Shown piece after piece: positions 11,220 to 22,002 of a stretch of DNA of 64,000 nt. Position numbers and translations under genes: made by a program. Location of the stretch: NCBI GenBank assembly GCA_951406725.2, contig OX597823.1, positions 89,652,001-89,716,000 of the forward strand. The letters run 5' to 3'. A model generated the notes under the pieces. It saw nothing but the letters and a program-made list of their open reading frames with translations. It had not been told where the DNA came from and searched no databases. The stretch comes from Octopus vulgaris. Its lineage: Eukaryota. Numbering within the stretch: position 1 is the stretch's first letter; each line of letters starts with the position of its first letter.

Positions 11220-11395
11220 GTCGTTTGGCCTGCTAGAAATAACAGCTAAGTTTTTTTTCAAATTACATCCTACCGTCTAAAAACAGGTATAACAATGCAC
11301 TCTTAGATATATGAAAATATTGGAAGGACAAGACTGGAACGTCGTTTTATTTTAGGCTTATTTGATCAGGGCTGAATAGGGTTAAACAACAACAC
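11220..11395 (+). mobile_element. Repeat family C copy (GCTAGAAATAGCAGCCAAATCT...CAGGGCTGACCTGGGGCTAAACAACAAC type; SINE-like with (AAC)n tail)
   Basis: Same motif order recurs at ~6450, 8040, 23570-23920, 25300, 44200, 49320, 58270-58590, 62065-62240 and 63050-63340. Confidence 0.6.
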
Positions 11396-11591
11396 ACCCA
11401 AAATCAAATGAGCCCCCACCCCAACATCATCACCACCACTATCACTATAAAATACCATCTTCAAACTGAGCCTCATGTGGTTGATCTAGATGCTAGACAT
11501 AACTACATCTTCCTTCAAATTACACCATACAGTTTTTGAAAAGAACACACTAAATAATATGGTTTTGTGGTCGATCGATAGATTAGATACA

Positions 11592-11702
11592 GTCTTTCAG
11601 TTTCCGTCTACAAAATCTACTCCCATGGCTTTGGTCGGCCCAGAGCTATAATAAAAGACACTTGCCCAAGGTGCTGCAAAGTGGGACTGAACCCAAAACC
11701 AC
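11592..11702 (-). mobile_element. SINE family B 5' half
   Basis: Reverse strand reads GGTTTTGGGTTCAGTCCCACT...CACCTTGGGCAAGTGTCTT...GGCCGACCAAAGCC...GTAGACGGAAACTGAAAGA. Confidence 0.8.
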
Positions 11703-12411
11703 GCCCGCAGCCTTATTTTTGAAAAAGTTGTTCTACGCAAAGTGCGACGAAAGTGTCTCGTATGTGCGCTGCGGATATTAATTTATAATTAATATTTGTT
11801 TGGCTTGAAAAGCATGTTATTCTGTCGCAAGTTCTTTTTCGCGGTTTATATTTTATTAATTCCAATATACTGCTATAAAATAAAAAACGAACTTTTCGGC
11901 GGACTTTCGCAAAAATATAAAAAATTGTTTCAGAATCATATTACCGTTGTATGAAACATAGGAATAACAGAAATAAAATAAAATAAAAATTAAGGTGGAA
12001 GGGAGACACCCTAATCTCTTACCCTTTTTTCTTCCCCGTGAGGTAGTAAAAGCCATTCCGAAAGTCCGTTACGTTTTCTATATTTTCTCTGAATATTTTA
12101 CCATATTTGCCGGCATAAAAGACCCGCTCCAATTTTAACAACGCATATTCAGGGGAAAAAATTGTTTCTAATGCATTAAAGCATAAAACATAGCCCCAAC
12201 TTAGTATATAGGACCTGGGATAACTTCTTTTTACACTTTTTTGAAGAAAAAAAAACTTTATGTACCATGAAAAATCTTAATTATAAAAGAGAGTTTATTT
12301 GTTGTTTTAATTTCGATGTAAAAGTGCGCTATTTTTTCTTTTCTTTTTCTCTTATCACTATTGCATTTCGAACTGTTCTTTATAGAAACAAACATATGCA
12401 TTAACACTTAC

Positions 12412-12484
12412 CATTGCTGCTATGTACAACTACATGGTACAGAATAACCAACAGGAACATGATCCAAAGACGCACTGGTATCAT
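12412..12484 (-). CDS. Putative first coding exon of an unidentified secreted or membrane protein (signal peptide MIPVRLWIMFLLVILYHVVVHSSN, phase-1 intron)
   Basis: ATG with A at -3, a basic residue then a hydrophobic core, 73 nt (24 codons + 1) ending at consensus donor G|GTAAGT, TATA box ~130 nt upstream, non-repetitive context. Downstream exons not identified. Confidence 0.5.
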
Positions 12485-12612
12485 CGTTATTATTTTGTTT
12501 TCCGAGTTTCCCTGTATTTGTTTTCTTGTCGAAGTCGGGAGGACAAAGACATGTGAAAGAAGAAAGTGAGGGTTTTAAGGGGTTCTCTACCGCTGGCAAG
12601 GAAGGGTTGGTT

Positions 12613-12619
12613 ATTTATA
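12613..12619 (-). promoter_or_regulatory. Candidate TATA box (TATAAAT) for the 12412-12484 exon
   Basis: Minus strand reads CGCTATAAATAACC, implying a start near 12585 and a ~100-nt 5'UTR. Confidence 0.4.
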
Positions 12620-13321
12620 GCGTGTGGAGTGAGTTGATTGTATTTTTCCGTTTGTTTTGTTTTGATTTTTACTGGAACATGTGCATCAGTACTACATTTA
12701 ATAATTTCTCGTAAGGACAGGGAAAAACTGCATTAATATTTTTTTACAAAAGAATTTTGCAATTCTATCGAAGTATTATCGTCATCACTAATATTTATAT
12801 ATACAGATGTGTGTGTGTGCGCGCGCGCTTTTCGCTTATTTTATTGTTTTCGCAACATTTACTGGGGAAGCCTGTGGATTCTTCAAATATGTTTTCTAAT
12901 TAAAGCTACCATCACCACCACTTCGGCATTCATCAACAAGTGTTATGTAGTTAGGTTTAGTTGCTGTAAGACTGGCTATATATATATATATACATATATG
13001 TATATATTTTTTCTACTAGTTTCAGCTCAGAGCTGCGGCCATGCTAATGCACCGCCGTTATATACACTTACTCTGTGTGCGTGTATGTGTGTTTATGTAG
13101 AGGCAATCACTAAAGAGAAATGATGTGAAGTTTTGCTGTTGCTGTCCTACGTAGTGAAAATCATAACAAACGATTCATTGAATGGGTGATTTTCAGCAGA
13201 CGAGAAACAACGCAACAACAAGCAAACACGTATTACACATATACGCACGCACGCTACACGCGCACATACTCACATACGTGTGCGTGTGTGAGCTAATCAA
13301 TGAAAAAACAGATACTATTTG

Positions 13322-13418
13322 AGCCAATGAGAAAAAGATTAAAGTATTTCTAGCCAATGGAAAACAAGAAAATACTTTGCTTTTTATTTTATTTTATTTT
13401 TTCCAATTTGACCAATGC
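13322..13418 (+). promoter_or_regulatory. Cluster of CCAAT boxes
   Basis: AGCCAATGA and AGCCAATGG 30 bp apart, plus two more CCAAT at ~13403 and ~13412. Function unverified. Confidence 0.3.
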
Positions 13419-14665
13419 AACTCACTCACACGCGCAAAGATACACACACACACACACACACACATACACAAACACGCTCATGTTCTAGACAAAAAGAGAA
13501 AGAGAAATCGATGAGAAACCATGAAATGTTTTATTTTGTTATTAGCTTTTATCCGAGGCACAAATGATGGGAATATTTGCTGAAAAAGTAGAAATAAAAA
13601 TATACATATATATATAAAGTTGCACACACGATGTATGAAAAAAAGGGGTGGGAGAGAAATATAAACCCAGACAGACTGGGGGGTGAGTTGCAGAAGATAG
13701 AGGTGCAGTGGAGAGGGTCATGTGAAATAAATGAGGAAAGAGAAAGAAAATGGGAGATACAAGATTGGAGAGAGACAAAGGGTAGTTGCATGTCTAGACA
13801 TGTGTTTATGTATGTGTGTATGATTTTTCTTAGAGTTTAAGTTCTTGAAAGAGTTCAAACTGGTCGATAACAAAGCAACAAGACTTTGGTATGTCTTACA
13901 GATCTTCACTGTGCTACCAGTAGATTGAATTTGGAGAATCTGCGTTAATTTCTTTTGTTCTTTTATGTATTATGTACATATGTATGTATTATTTTTATCT
14001 ATTTTATTTTATCTAGTTTCAGCTCACGAGCTGTGGCCATGCTGGGGCACCGCTATTTTTAAAAGTGGTGAAAGAGTACAGCAGGGATCACCACCCACTG
14101 CCGGAGCCTCGTGGAGCTTTTTTAGGTGTTTTCGCTCAATAAACGCACACATCGCCCGGTCTGGGAATCGAAACCGCGATCCTACGACCGCGAGTTCACT
14201 GCCCTGTCAGACGAGGGAGGGTCACTGCTTGAAACTTTCGCAGATCGTGTTAGATTAGCGAAATCAATGAACTTGGTGTTTAATTTGAACACCCAAAGGG
14301 AAAACACTGAAGGGAGAATCCCTGCTGGCACATTGGTGGGGTAGAAAATTGAAGGATAGATAGATTTGATAAGGGACATAAGAGTTAGGAAACTACAGAA
14401 TGGAAGAACCAAAGAGTAACTCCCAGATGGAGGTTGTATGCTGACACCTAGTTCAGAAGTGCGAGACTGTTGTTGTCGTGGTAAAACGGATAAAATGGAA
14501 ACAGGTCCACGAAATGGATATCACTGCATACTGTTGAGTTAATCCTTATAAGTCTTAGGGACTTCTTTTCAGTGGATATTAAAGGGAAAATAGAATCGGT
14601 TTTACAGCAAAATTTTCAAAATAGCAACATTTTCACAATGCCCTGGAGTGTGCCTGTACATACCA

Positions 14666-14797
14666 CCTGACATCCATATAAGATGTCTATATGTAACTCC
14701 TGGCATCCATGTAGACTGCCTGTATGTTGTTCCTGGCTGCCATGTAAGATGTCTATATGTAGCTTCTGACATCCATGTAGGATGTCTGTATGTAGCT
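14666..14797 (+). repeat. 33-bp minisatellite, 4 copies
   Basis: Units of about CCTGACATCCATGTAAGATGTCTATATGTAGCT start at 14666, 14699, 14732 and 14765. Confidence 0.9.
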
Positions 14798-14879
14798 CGT
14801 GTCACTCCTGGCAGTCATGCGGGAAGCTGTAGGTATATAGTAGTTTTGTAGTATACCTGTGTGTGTGTGTGTGTGTGGT

Positions 14880-16000
14880 TTCTAGAATAAGGACAGGCTG
14901 GGCAAAGTTTAGAGAGTTTCTACTGTTAGCAACTAAGGGACTCAGTGAAAGTCAGCTTGCATGATACTTGTGTATGTACAGCTATGTTACATAGCAGTGA
15001 CACACGGACTTTGACAACAGAGGATTTAAGAAGGCTTGAAAGAAATGAAGCTGGCATGCTCCGCTGGGTGGGTGGCGAGATGGCAGATTCGTTAGCATGC
15101 TGAGCGAAATGCGTAGCCGTATTTCGTCTGCTGTTATGTTCCGAGTTCAAATTCAGCTGAGGTCAACTTTGCCTTTCATCCTTTCGGTGTCGATAAATTA
15201 AGTACCAGTTGCACAATGGGGTCGATGTAATCGACTTAATCCGTTTGTCTGTCCTTATTTGTCCCCTCTGTGTGTAGCCCCTTGTGGGTAGTAAAGAAAT
15301 AGGTATTTGGTCTGCCGTTACGTTCTGAGTTCAAATTCCGCCGAGGTCGACTTTGCCTTTCATCCTTTCGGGGTCGATAAATTAAGTACCAGTTATGCAC
15401 TGGGGTCGATATAATCGACTTAATCCATATGTTTGTCCCCTCTGTGTTTAGCCCCTTGTGGGTAGTAAAGAAATAAATATCAGTGTGCATGCACGACAGA
15501 GTGTAGATATGATTTCAGAGGAAAACTAAGTATTAGAAGCATCAGATATTGTGTGCAAGATAGAAGACTGCGCTGGTTTGGTCATGTGATGCCTATGGAT
15601 GAGGACAACTGCGTAAAAAAGTGCAGGGCTCTTGTTGTGGAGGGTACCCGTGGAAGGGGTAGATTTAGGAAGACGTAGAATGAAGTAGTGAGAAAGGATA
15701 TTCAGATGCTAGGCCTCACTGAGAAAATGACGAAACCAGGAGATGTGGCGATTTGCTGTACTTTATAGGAGATGTTAAGCTAAGTATTGTTGTCTTCTAC
15801 ATATACAGGCTTGTCCTTTCAGGTGTCGGTGCTGCATAAATACACCTGTACTGGCAGCACGTAAAAAGCACCCAGCACATTGTTAAGTGGTTGGTGTTAG
15901 GAAGGTTATCCAGCCGTAGAAACCATGCCATAACAGACAATTGGAGTTTGGACAGCTCCATGTCAAACCGTCAAATCCATGCCAGCATGGAAAGCGGTAA
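14880..16000 (+). mobile_element. Older degenerate RTE 3' fragment interrupted by a SINE
   Basis: Homologous to ~750-1620 (AGGCTTGAAAGAAATGAAGCT...CGCTGG | ATCAGTGTGCA...); the homology is split exactly by 15071-15475. Confidence 0.9.
15071..15475 (+). mobile_element. SINE family A, dimeric copy
   Basis: tRNA-like head GGTGGCGAGATGGCAG...GAGTTCAAATTC, core GCCTTTCATCCTTTCGGGGTCGATAAATTAAGTACCAG, tail CCCCTTGTGGGTAGTAAAGAAATA; the body is repeated twice. The core resembles, from memory, the Meta/MESC SINE domain. Confidence 0.9.
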
Positions 16001-16641
16001 GAAGACGGTGAAAGAGTCTATAGCCACTGAAGTGAGAAGTAAGTTCATAGACACGAGAAAGATGAGAATACCAGTTCGTAGTCAATCGTACACGGTAGTT
16101 GAAATACTCTATCAAGAAGTCACGGCCATGGTACTGTGCCGGTTACAGGTACATGTTGTATGTGAAGTTGTGGCTATGATGCTGCTTCCTGGGTCATTTG
16201 ATACAGGAGTTCTTGCAGCTTATATATTTGCTGTTGATCTATGGTGAAGTAATTCATGAACAGGGAAGTGTTGGAACCTGGGTGAATTGCTTGCTGAGCT
16301 GTGTACATAGAGAGATGATGTTGGCGACGTTAAGAAGGACATGATGGTGGCGACAAAGAAGGAGGTTGCCATAATGTTGTTGGACGAAATTGGTGAGTCT
16401 CAATGTAGCTGCTGTGATGGTATTGTCTAGCATTGTCGCTGGAACTGGCTGTGTCTTAGTAGTTAGTGGCTAGACCTTAAAAGGTCTAGAACCAAAGACC
16501 CCGGGATGAGGAAAAGTGGAGTTCTTTATAAGGAGCAATAGGCTCAAACTGGGGTGGTAAACAAACTCTCCTGCATGATCCCATTTAGGGCCTCTGACTG
16601 GTTATTCATGGCTGTTGGCGCAATCGAGTGAGAAGCAAATT

Positions 16642-16760
16642 GCGCCAATACCAACCAATCAGAGTAGTGGACACAACGGAATCCAAACAGCGGCCAAAGG
16701 CTAGCTGTTCCTTGCTATGTTCTAATGCACTTATATATAATACATGGGAGAGAGGAATTT
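16642..16760 (+). repeat. ~120-bp dispersed repeat, copy 2 (see 6623-6740)
   Basis: Direct similarity to 6623-6740. Confidence 0.85.
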
Positions 16761-17129
16761 CTGTGGTGTAGGCACTCATCTCTAAAACTGAGAAGGACTG
16801 AAAGAAAGAGCTAACTACCTCTTCTCACAGAAAAACTGATATGCAAGAGAAGAAAATGAAACACTGTGAAAAAAAGAGAAGAATGTTTGTAGCATATTGT
16901 GGAACAATAGTAACAATAACTATAACAGAAAATATAAAATTTACCAATAGTTGAAAGCTTCTATTTAGTTGCTCTGCCGGGACTGCTAATTAGTATTAGA
17001 TCATAATCGTTACTTTTCATCTGCTAGCTAAGCTGTTAAAAATGTTATTTACTCAGACAGTAAAAGATACTTCTGCCAGTGGTAGATCAAAGATGGTATG
17101 GGGAAAGTTGCTGTATACCTATCTCAAAT

Positions 17130-17595
17130 TTTGAAATTTCGCTGTGGTCAACCTATTTTGATTCCAAGAGATTCTTCGTTGTTCACTCATCCCCTTTTGA
17201 TATCAACCTACTTGAAACTGCCCCTGGTTCTATGATATTTCATATTGTTTTACCTAAAATTAAAACTTACCGTCAGAATTTCATGTCTATGTTCCAAATA
17301 CCAGCTTAATAATGGCAAAGTTATTTCACCAAATTCTTCTGTATTTTAAAAAATTCATCTTAACAATAATCACTATATTTCAACAGATATTTCACCTAAG
17401 GCTGCTCTTGGTCTTATGATACTATGTGTTCTAAATTGATACAAAATTAAAACAATCCGTCAAAATTTCATGTTTATGTTCCAAACACCATCTTAATAAT
17501 GGTAAAGTTATTTTACTAAATTCTTCATTATTTAAAAAATTTATTGAAACAAACGAATTCTATTTGTACAGAAAATATGGTAACAAAAGAGTCAA
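17130..17595. mobile_element. AT-rich MITE-like repeat (family E) with an internal tandem duplication
   Basis: AATTTCATGT(C/T)TATGTTCCAAA(T/C)ACCA(G/T)CTTAATAATGG(C/T)AAAGTTATTT occurs twice (~17277 and ~17464). Ends ATATGGTAACAAAA like 63830-63970; reverse copies at 55685, 56020, 58865 and 59280. Confidence 0.65.
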
Positions 17596-17651
17596 GCATT
17601 GATTCAGAATTCTCTTCAAGGCTGGTAGCAAGGTTTCGTGTTTGCCTCAAA

Positions 17652-18296
17652 GCAGTAGTTCATAAATGGAGTCAGTATGGCCTTTAGAGGTCCATCTAAG
17701 ATATTGCTATTAAAATTTATGTGCAATAAATTGGAAATACCTCTACAAAAGAATGAAAAAATGCACAAAATATTTTAACAGTTTTCATACAATTCCTAAT
17801 ATCTATATATATAAAGCTGAAGTTGTCTGTGTATAGCAGGTTTGGTAGCCTTCAACTAATACTATCTCCTCCGAGACCCTGTGGCGCAATTTGCCCAAAA
17901 TTGAGAGTATGATAGAAGAAGGCTTGTTCTTCATTCCGTAGAAGAAAAATTCAAATTGGACCATGTTAACACCAAAAATTATTTACATCAAAAAGGTGCT
18001 TTTTTTTCTATGAAAATCCCTATTTTTTACGATTTTTTGACTGCTGTGTCGCCATTTTTCGGTGTATTTCAACCAGAAAAATGTTCACTCAAAGAGAATA
18101 ACAAGCTACATAATGCAAAATTTTTACTTTTCAAAAATTCCAATTCTAAAGGGTCAAAACAAACCCGAGGAACGCCGGGCGATACTGCTAGTTTGATTAT
18201 AAAAATATAATAGGCTTTTTTAAAACTTCAAATGGCTATGGAAGTCCACCCAAATAAAATAGGGGTCCATAGGCAAAAAATGGTTGAGACTCACTG
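17652..18296. mobile_element. hAT-like non-autonomous DNA element hosting a nested Helitron-type insert
   Basis: Ends CAGTAGTTCATAAA and ATGGTTGAGACTCACTG form an imperfect CAG...CTG TIR, with subterminal GGTCCAT motifs. Confidence 0.45.
17802..18191 (+). mobile_element. Non-autonomous Helitron-type element (390 bp)
   Basis: 5' A|TCTATATATATAAAG, 3' subterminal hairpin CCCG-AGGAACGC-CGGG followed by CTAG|T; sits at an A/T junction with no TSD. Confidence 0.75.
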
Positions 18297-18301
18297 TGTG
18301 G

Positions 18302-18504
18302 TTCAGTAAGGTCATGTCAGAATGGATACGGAAAAAGTTTCATGATTTTAAACTTGAAAATATTTGACTGGATGGTGATTCCTTTTCATTGCAGACACTG
18401 CTGAGACTAGTGAATATTATCAGAAAGAAATATTAGAACTAGAATATAGTAAAGAGAGGAAAGAGAATTTTAGTGGCGACAACTTTGAAAAGTTCTAGCA
18501 AAAT
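18302..18504 (+). repeat. ~200-bp segment duplicated in inverted orientation at 28113-28307
   Basis: Reverse-complement alignment by eye is near-continuous. Confidence 0.9.
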
Positions 18505-18538
18505 GGTTGAGAATCATGCTGGATCTCTTAAATGAATC

Positions 18539-18657
18539 TAGCATAGTCTCATAATGATGGGAGACAGTTTTGAACAGAAATTATTTGGACTAGAATAGAC
18601 ACATTTGTTGCAAATATTACTGATAAAATGTATCCCGTTATTATGAGACACCCTGTA
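18539..18657. mobile_element. ~120-bp Tc1/mariner-type MITE
   Basis: Imperfect TIRs TAGCATAGTCTCATAATGATGGGAGA and TATCCCGTTATTATGAGACACCCTGTA, with TA at both ends. Confidence 0.7.
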
Positions 18658-19076
18658 GGATAGATAAATAAAAAGAATTGCCATGTGCTCGACAGTAGTA
18701 CATCCATTCAACTCATATGAATACAGAGTGAAAATGAAAATCAAAAGAAAAACCATGTTGAAACGATTATGTTTGTTGTAATAATGATGGGGATCTGACA
18801 TAGAACAGGTCAAACAACTACATAGAATCAGTGTTTCTGGTTTATCAGTTGTTATGTTGGGATTTTTTTTTTTTTTTCAATTTTATCCTATTTTATAATA
18901 TTTTTAGTCAATTTTTATTGCCATTCATCTATATTTAGTACTACAGTCTGTCTGCTTGCCACCATCCATCACACTTTCCTCCTTTTACTTCCGGTGATAA
19001 ATCAATTTATCGAAAGAAATATAATGTTAGGAATACAGTCTGTGTGTCTGAGTATGTATGTATTCACACACGCACG

Positions 19077-19148
19077 TGTGTGTGTGTGTATATATATATA
19101 TCGTGTTTGTACCTTACATTACATATATATATATATATATATACATAC

Positions 19149-19180
<32 letters not shown>

Positions 19181-19428
19181 ATATACATACATATATATAT
19201 ATACATACATATACATACATATATATATATACATATATATATATACATATATATATACATACATATATATATACATATATATATACATACATATATATAT
19301 ATACATACATATATATATACATATATATATATACATACATATATATATATACATACATATATATATATACATATATATATATACATACATATATATATAT
19401 ACATACATATATATATATACATACATAT

Positions 19429-19477
<49 letters not shown>

Positions 19478-19482
19478 CATAC

Positions 19483-19571
<89 letters not shown>

Positions 19572-19593
19572 CATATATATATATACATACATA

Positions 19594-19647
<54 letters not shown>
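19077..19647. repeat. Long compound (TA)n/(TACA)n microsatellite (~570 bp)
   Basis: Direct inspection; source of six spurious YI-repeat ORFs. Confidence 0.98.
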
Positions 19648-20166
19648 ATAAATAAAATGTAAGGCACAAACACGATCCCTTTTTGTTGCATATTTTATGG
19701 AGGTAGTTTCCTTTTTGTCCCCACCTCACACACACACACCATGACATTTTTCTAATGGCTTTTTACGTATCGGGGCGATCAATAAAATCATATAGCATCG
19801 CTTATTCTTGCTGGTCCGTGTGATTGAAGTATTTGTTTGGATAAAACATAATACACGTTGTAGAAAAATCATGCAACACAAAGAGATTGAGTACAAAAAT
19901 CTTTTCCTTTCTCATTGCTTTACATAATTACAAAAATCAATAGACGTATTTCATGTTTATTTATTTGATTATTGTAATTTTTTCGTTTGTTTTTTGTCTC
20001 CCCAAATAATTGATATACTATTTTTATATATTTGTTTCCACCCAGAAAAATAATACCGTGATAAATTAAATAAATAAATAAAAACATGTTCTTTCGTAAT
20101 AAGAAATGAATAATTAGTATAATTCATTTTACAGTGGATTGACAAAAGTTCATGGTCAAAATAAAA

Positions 20167-20226
20167 TGGCTCAGTGGTTAGAGCGTCAAGCTCACAATCA
20201 TGAGGTTGTGAGTTTGATTTCCGGAC
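20167..20226 (+). mobile_element. tRNA-derived SINE head (not a tRNA gene)
   Basis: TGGCTCAGTGGTTAGAGCG (A box) and GAGTTTGATTTCC (degenerate B box); no acceptor stem. Confidence 0.6.
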
Positions 20227-20299
20227 GTGAAATTTTTTTTTTTTTTCTCATGCGAGAAAACTCATTTGCATACACCCAGTCAGAGCTCACCTTGACCAT

Positions 20300-21110
20300 G
20301 TCAAGTTAACAAAGGTTAACATTCAAATGGCGACCTCCGATTGGCATGCGAATCTTGTATGGTGCTCTCATTCAGATGCTAATATCATTGATGGCGAACA
20401 CATACGCTGACATTGTGCTGTCCCTGACGACGACTCCACGGAGTCGAACGATCAGGAGAATGAAAATGATGGAGCTGACTGCAAGGATATGGGGATTTCA
20501 GATAGTAAACACAATGATGTGGCAAATCCACAGCTAGAAAGTTTACACTTGCAACGCTCTCTTCAAAACCAATTTGATATACGGCAAAATGTTGATACAT
20601 GCGGTTGCACATCATTATCAAGTGCTGAGGATGGAAGTGACCTAATAATCAATGGGCTAAACAAAGCATTTCTTGCTTTACAACAAAGTTATGTTCAAGA
20701 CAAAGAATTCCTTGAGGGACCAGTGAAAACATTCACCAAGCAACTTCTGGAACAGATACTGTGTTAGCTTCCGCGCTTCATTGCTTTGGTCGGTACTCTG
20801 GTGTGGCACATGCTCTTGGCAAGAAAAAACGAAGATCTCTAGTGCGAAAGCTTTTTCTCACAAATGAAAATCTTTAGTCAGTATGAAGACAATTGGTGTG
20901 CAACCAACTGCAGCATCCAAGAGAAAGTTGGTTGGTTGGTGATGACGGAAACCACATTGGTGCTAGCAGACTGTTGAAGGATTGTTTGAAAAGTGTGAAA
21001 GGAAAGGTACTGATCAGCTCTCAGATTATGCCTAGACGCAAAGCCCAACATAACATTTGTGAATGTGCTAAAAACAACCAATCTCTTGGTAAAACACACT
21101 CTACCAAGTA
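20300..21110 (+). pseudogene. Degenerate C-terminal remnant of a probable DNA-transposon protein (Mutator/SWIM-type suspected)
   Basis: Broken frames give ALHCFGRYSG, IGVQPTAASKRK and RRKAQHNICECAKNNQSLGKTH*, which I recall from C-termini of invertebrate SWIM-containing transposases. Many frameshifts; needs a search. Confidence 0.4.
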
Positions 21111-21920
21111 AACTCAAGATGAAGAACGATGTTGTAAGTCGACCGATTGCGAAGTTATGCCTGATTTTAGGAGACAGGTAATTAGATAGATTTATTTGCA
21201 AGTTTACACAAGGACTTCATCACGATGGTTCTCATTTTCACTCTAATATAGCTCATAGAACGAGAGAAAGAAAGCAAGCTGTCTCAGTGCATCGCTTGAG
21301 ATGAATGCAGTGCTGAAATGCAAAAACTCGATGTGCAATACACCAAACTGCACAGGGATGCGAACTCTGGCTGCATCACTGATAGAACTTTGCTGTCGCC
21401 ACTCATAGGATTTCCAACTGAGATGGGCGTCCTGCAAAGAGATGGTATGTCTTCAGAGATATTGACTGAATAGGTGGCATGAACATCAATGGCGAACTTA
21501 CAAAACCTCTGTTTTGCAGATGACACCATAATCATCGCCAAAACCACGGATAAGTTTTGATGACAGTGCTGAACATAGTTCAGTTATAGGTCTATCTGTG
21601 CTCTTATACGCATGTAAGATGTGAGCTACTGCAAAGAGGCAAGAACATCGATTGGTTATGGAGCAAAGAGTCACGGTAAGATCCATGTAAGGAATATCAT
21701 TACGAGAGCTTATTCAATGGAGCGGAGTAAATAATGTGATCTCAAAATATGGAAAATAGAAGCTGAGCTGGACATGTTGCAAGGTTCACAGACAACAGGT
21801 GGACCCATGCAAGTGATTGGAAAAGGACATTTGGAACGACTCCATGACAACAGGAAGAAGATTTAGTTAAGCGATTTGGGACAAGGTGGATAAGAATGGT
21901 GCAATGAAAATAAAGCCTTG
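21110..21920 (+). mobile_element. Old RTE-1-type LINE remnant of a different family
   Basis: Fragments GVLQRDGMSS, NINGE-LQNLCFADDTIII and AGHVARFTDNRWTHA in broken frames. Confidence 0.75.
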
Positions 21921-21927
21921 TACTTAT

Positions 21928-22000
<73 letters not shown>

Positions 22001-22002
<2 letters not shown>

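Noticed and set aside
18538-18813. Cys-containing ORF with a hydrophobic N-terminus resembling a secreted peptide
   Set aside because: Its 3' half is a Tc1/mariner-type MITE (18539-18657); no supporting splice or promoter context.
18994-19747. Six long ORFs of 166-227 aa
   Set aside because: Translations of the (TA)/(TACA) microsatellite; the same applies to the ORFs at 31095-31404.
20167-20226. tRNA gene
   Set aside because: A and B boxes only; no closed cloverleaf; matches SINE heads elsewhere in the window.
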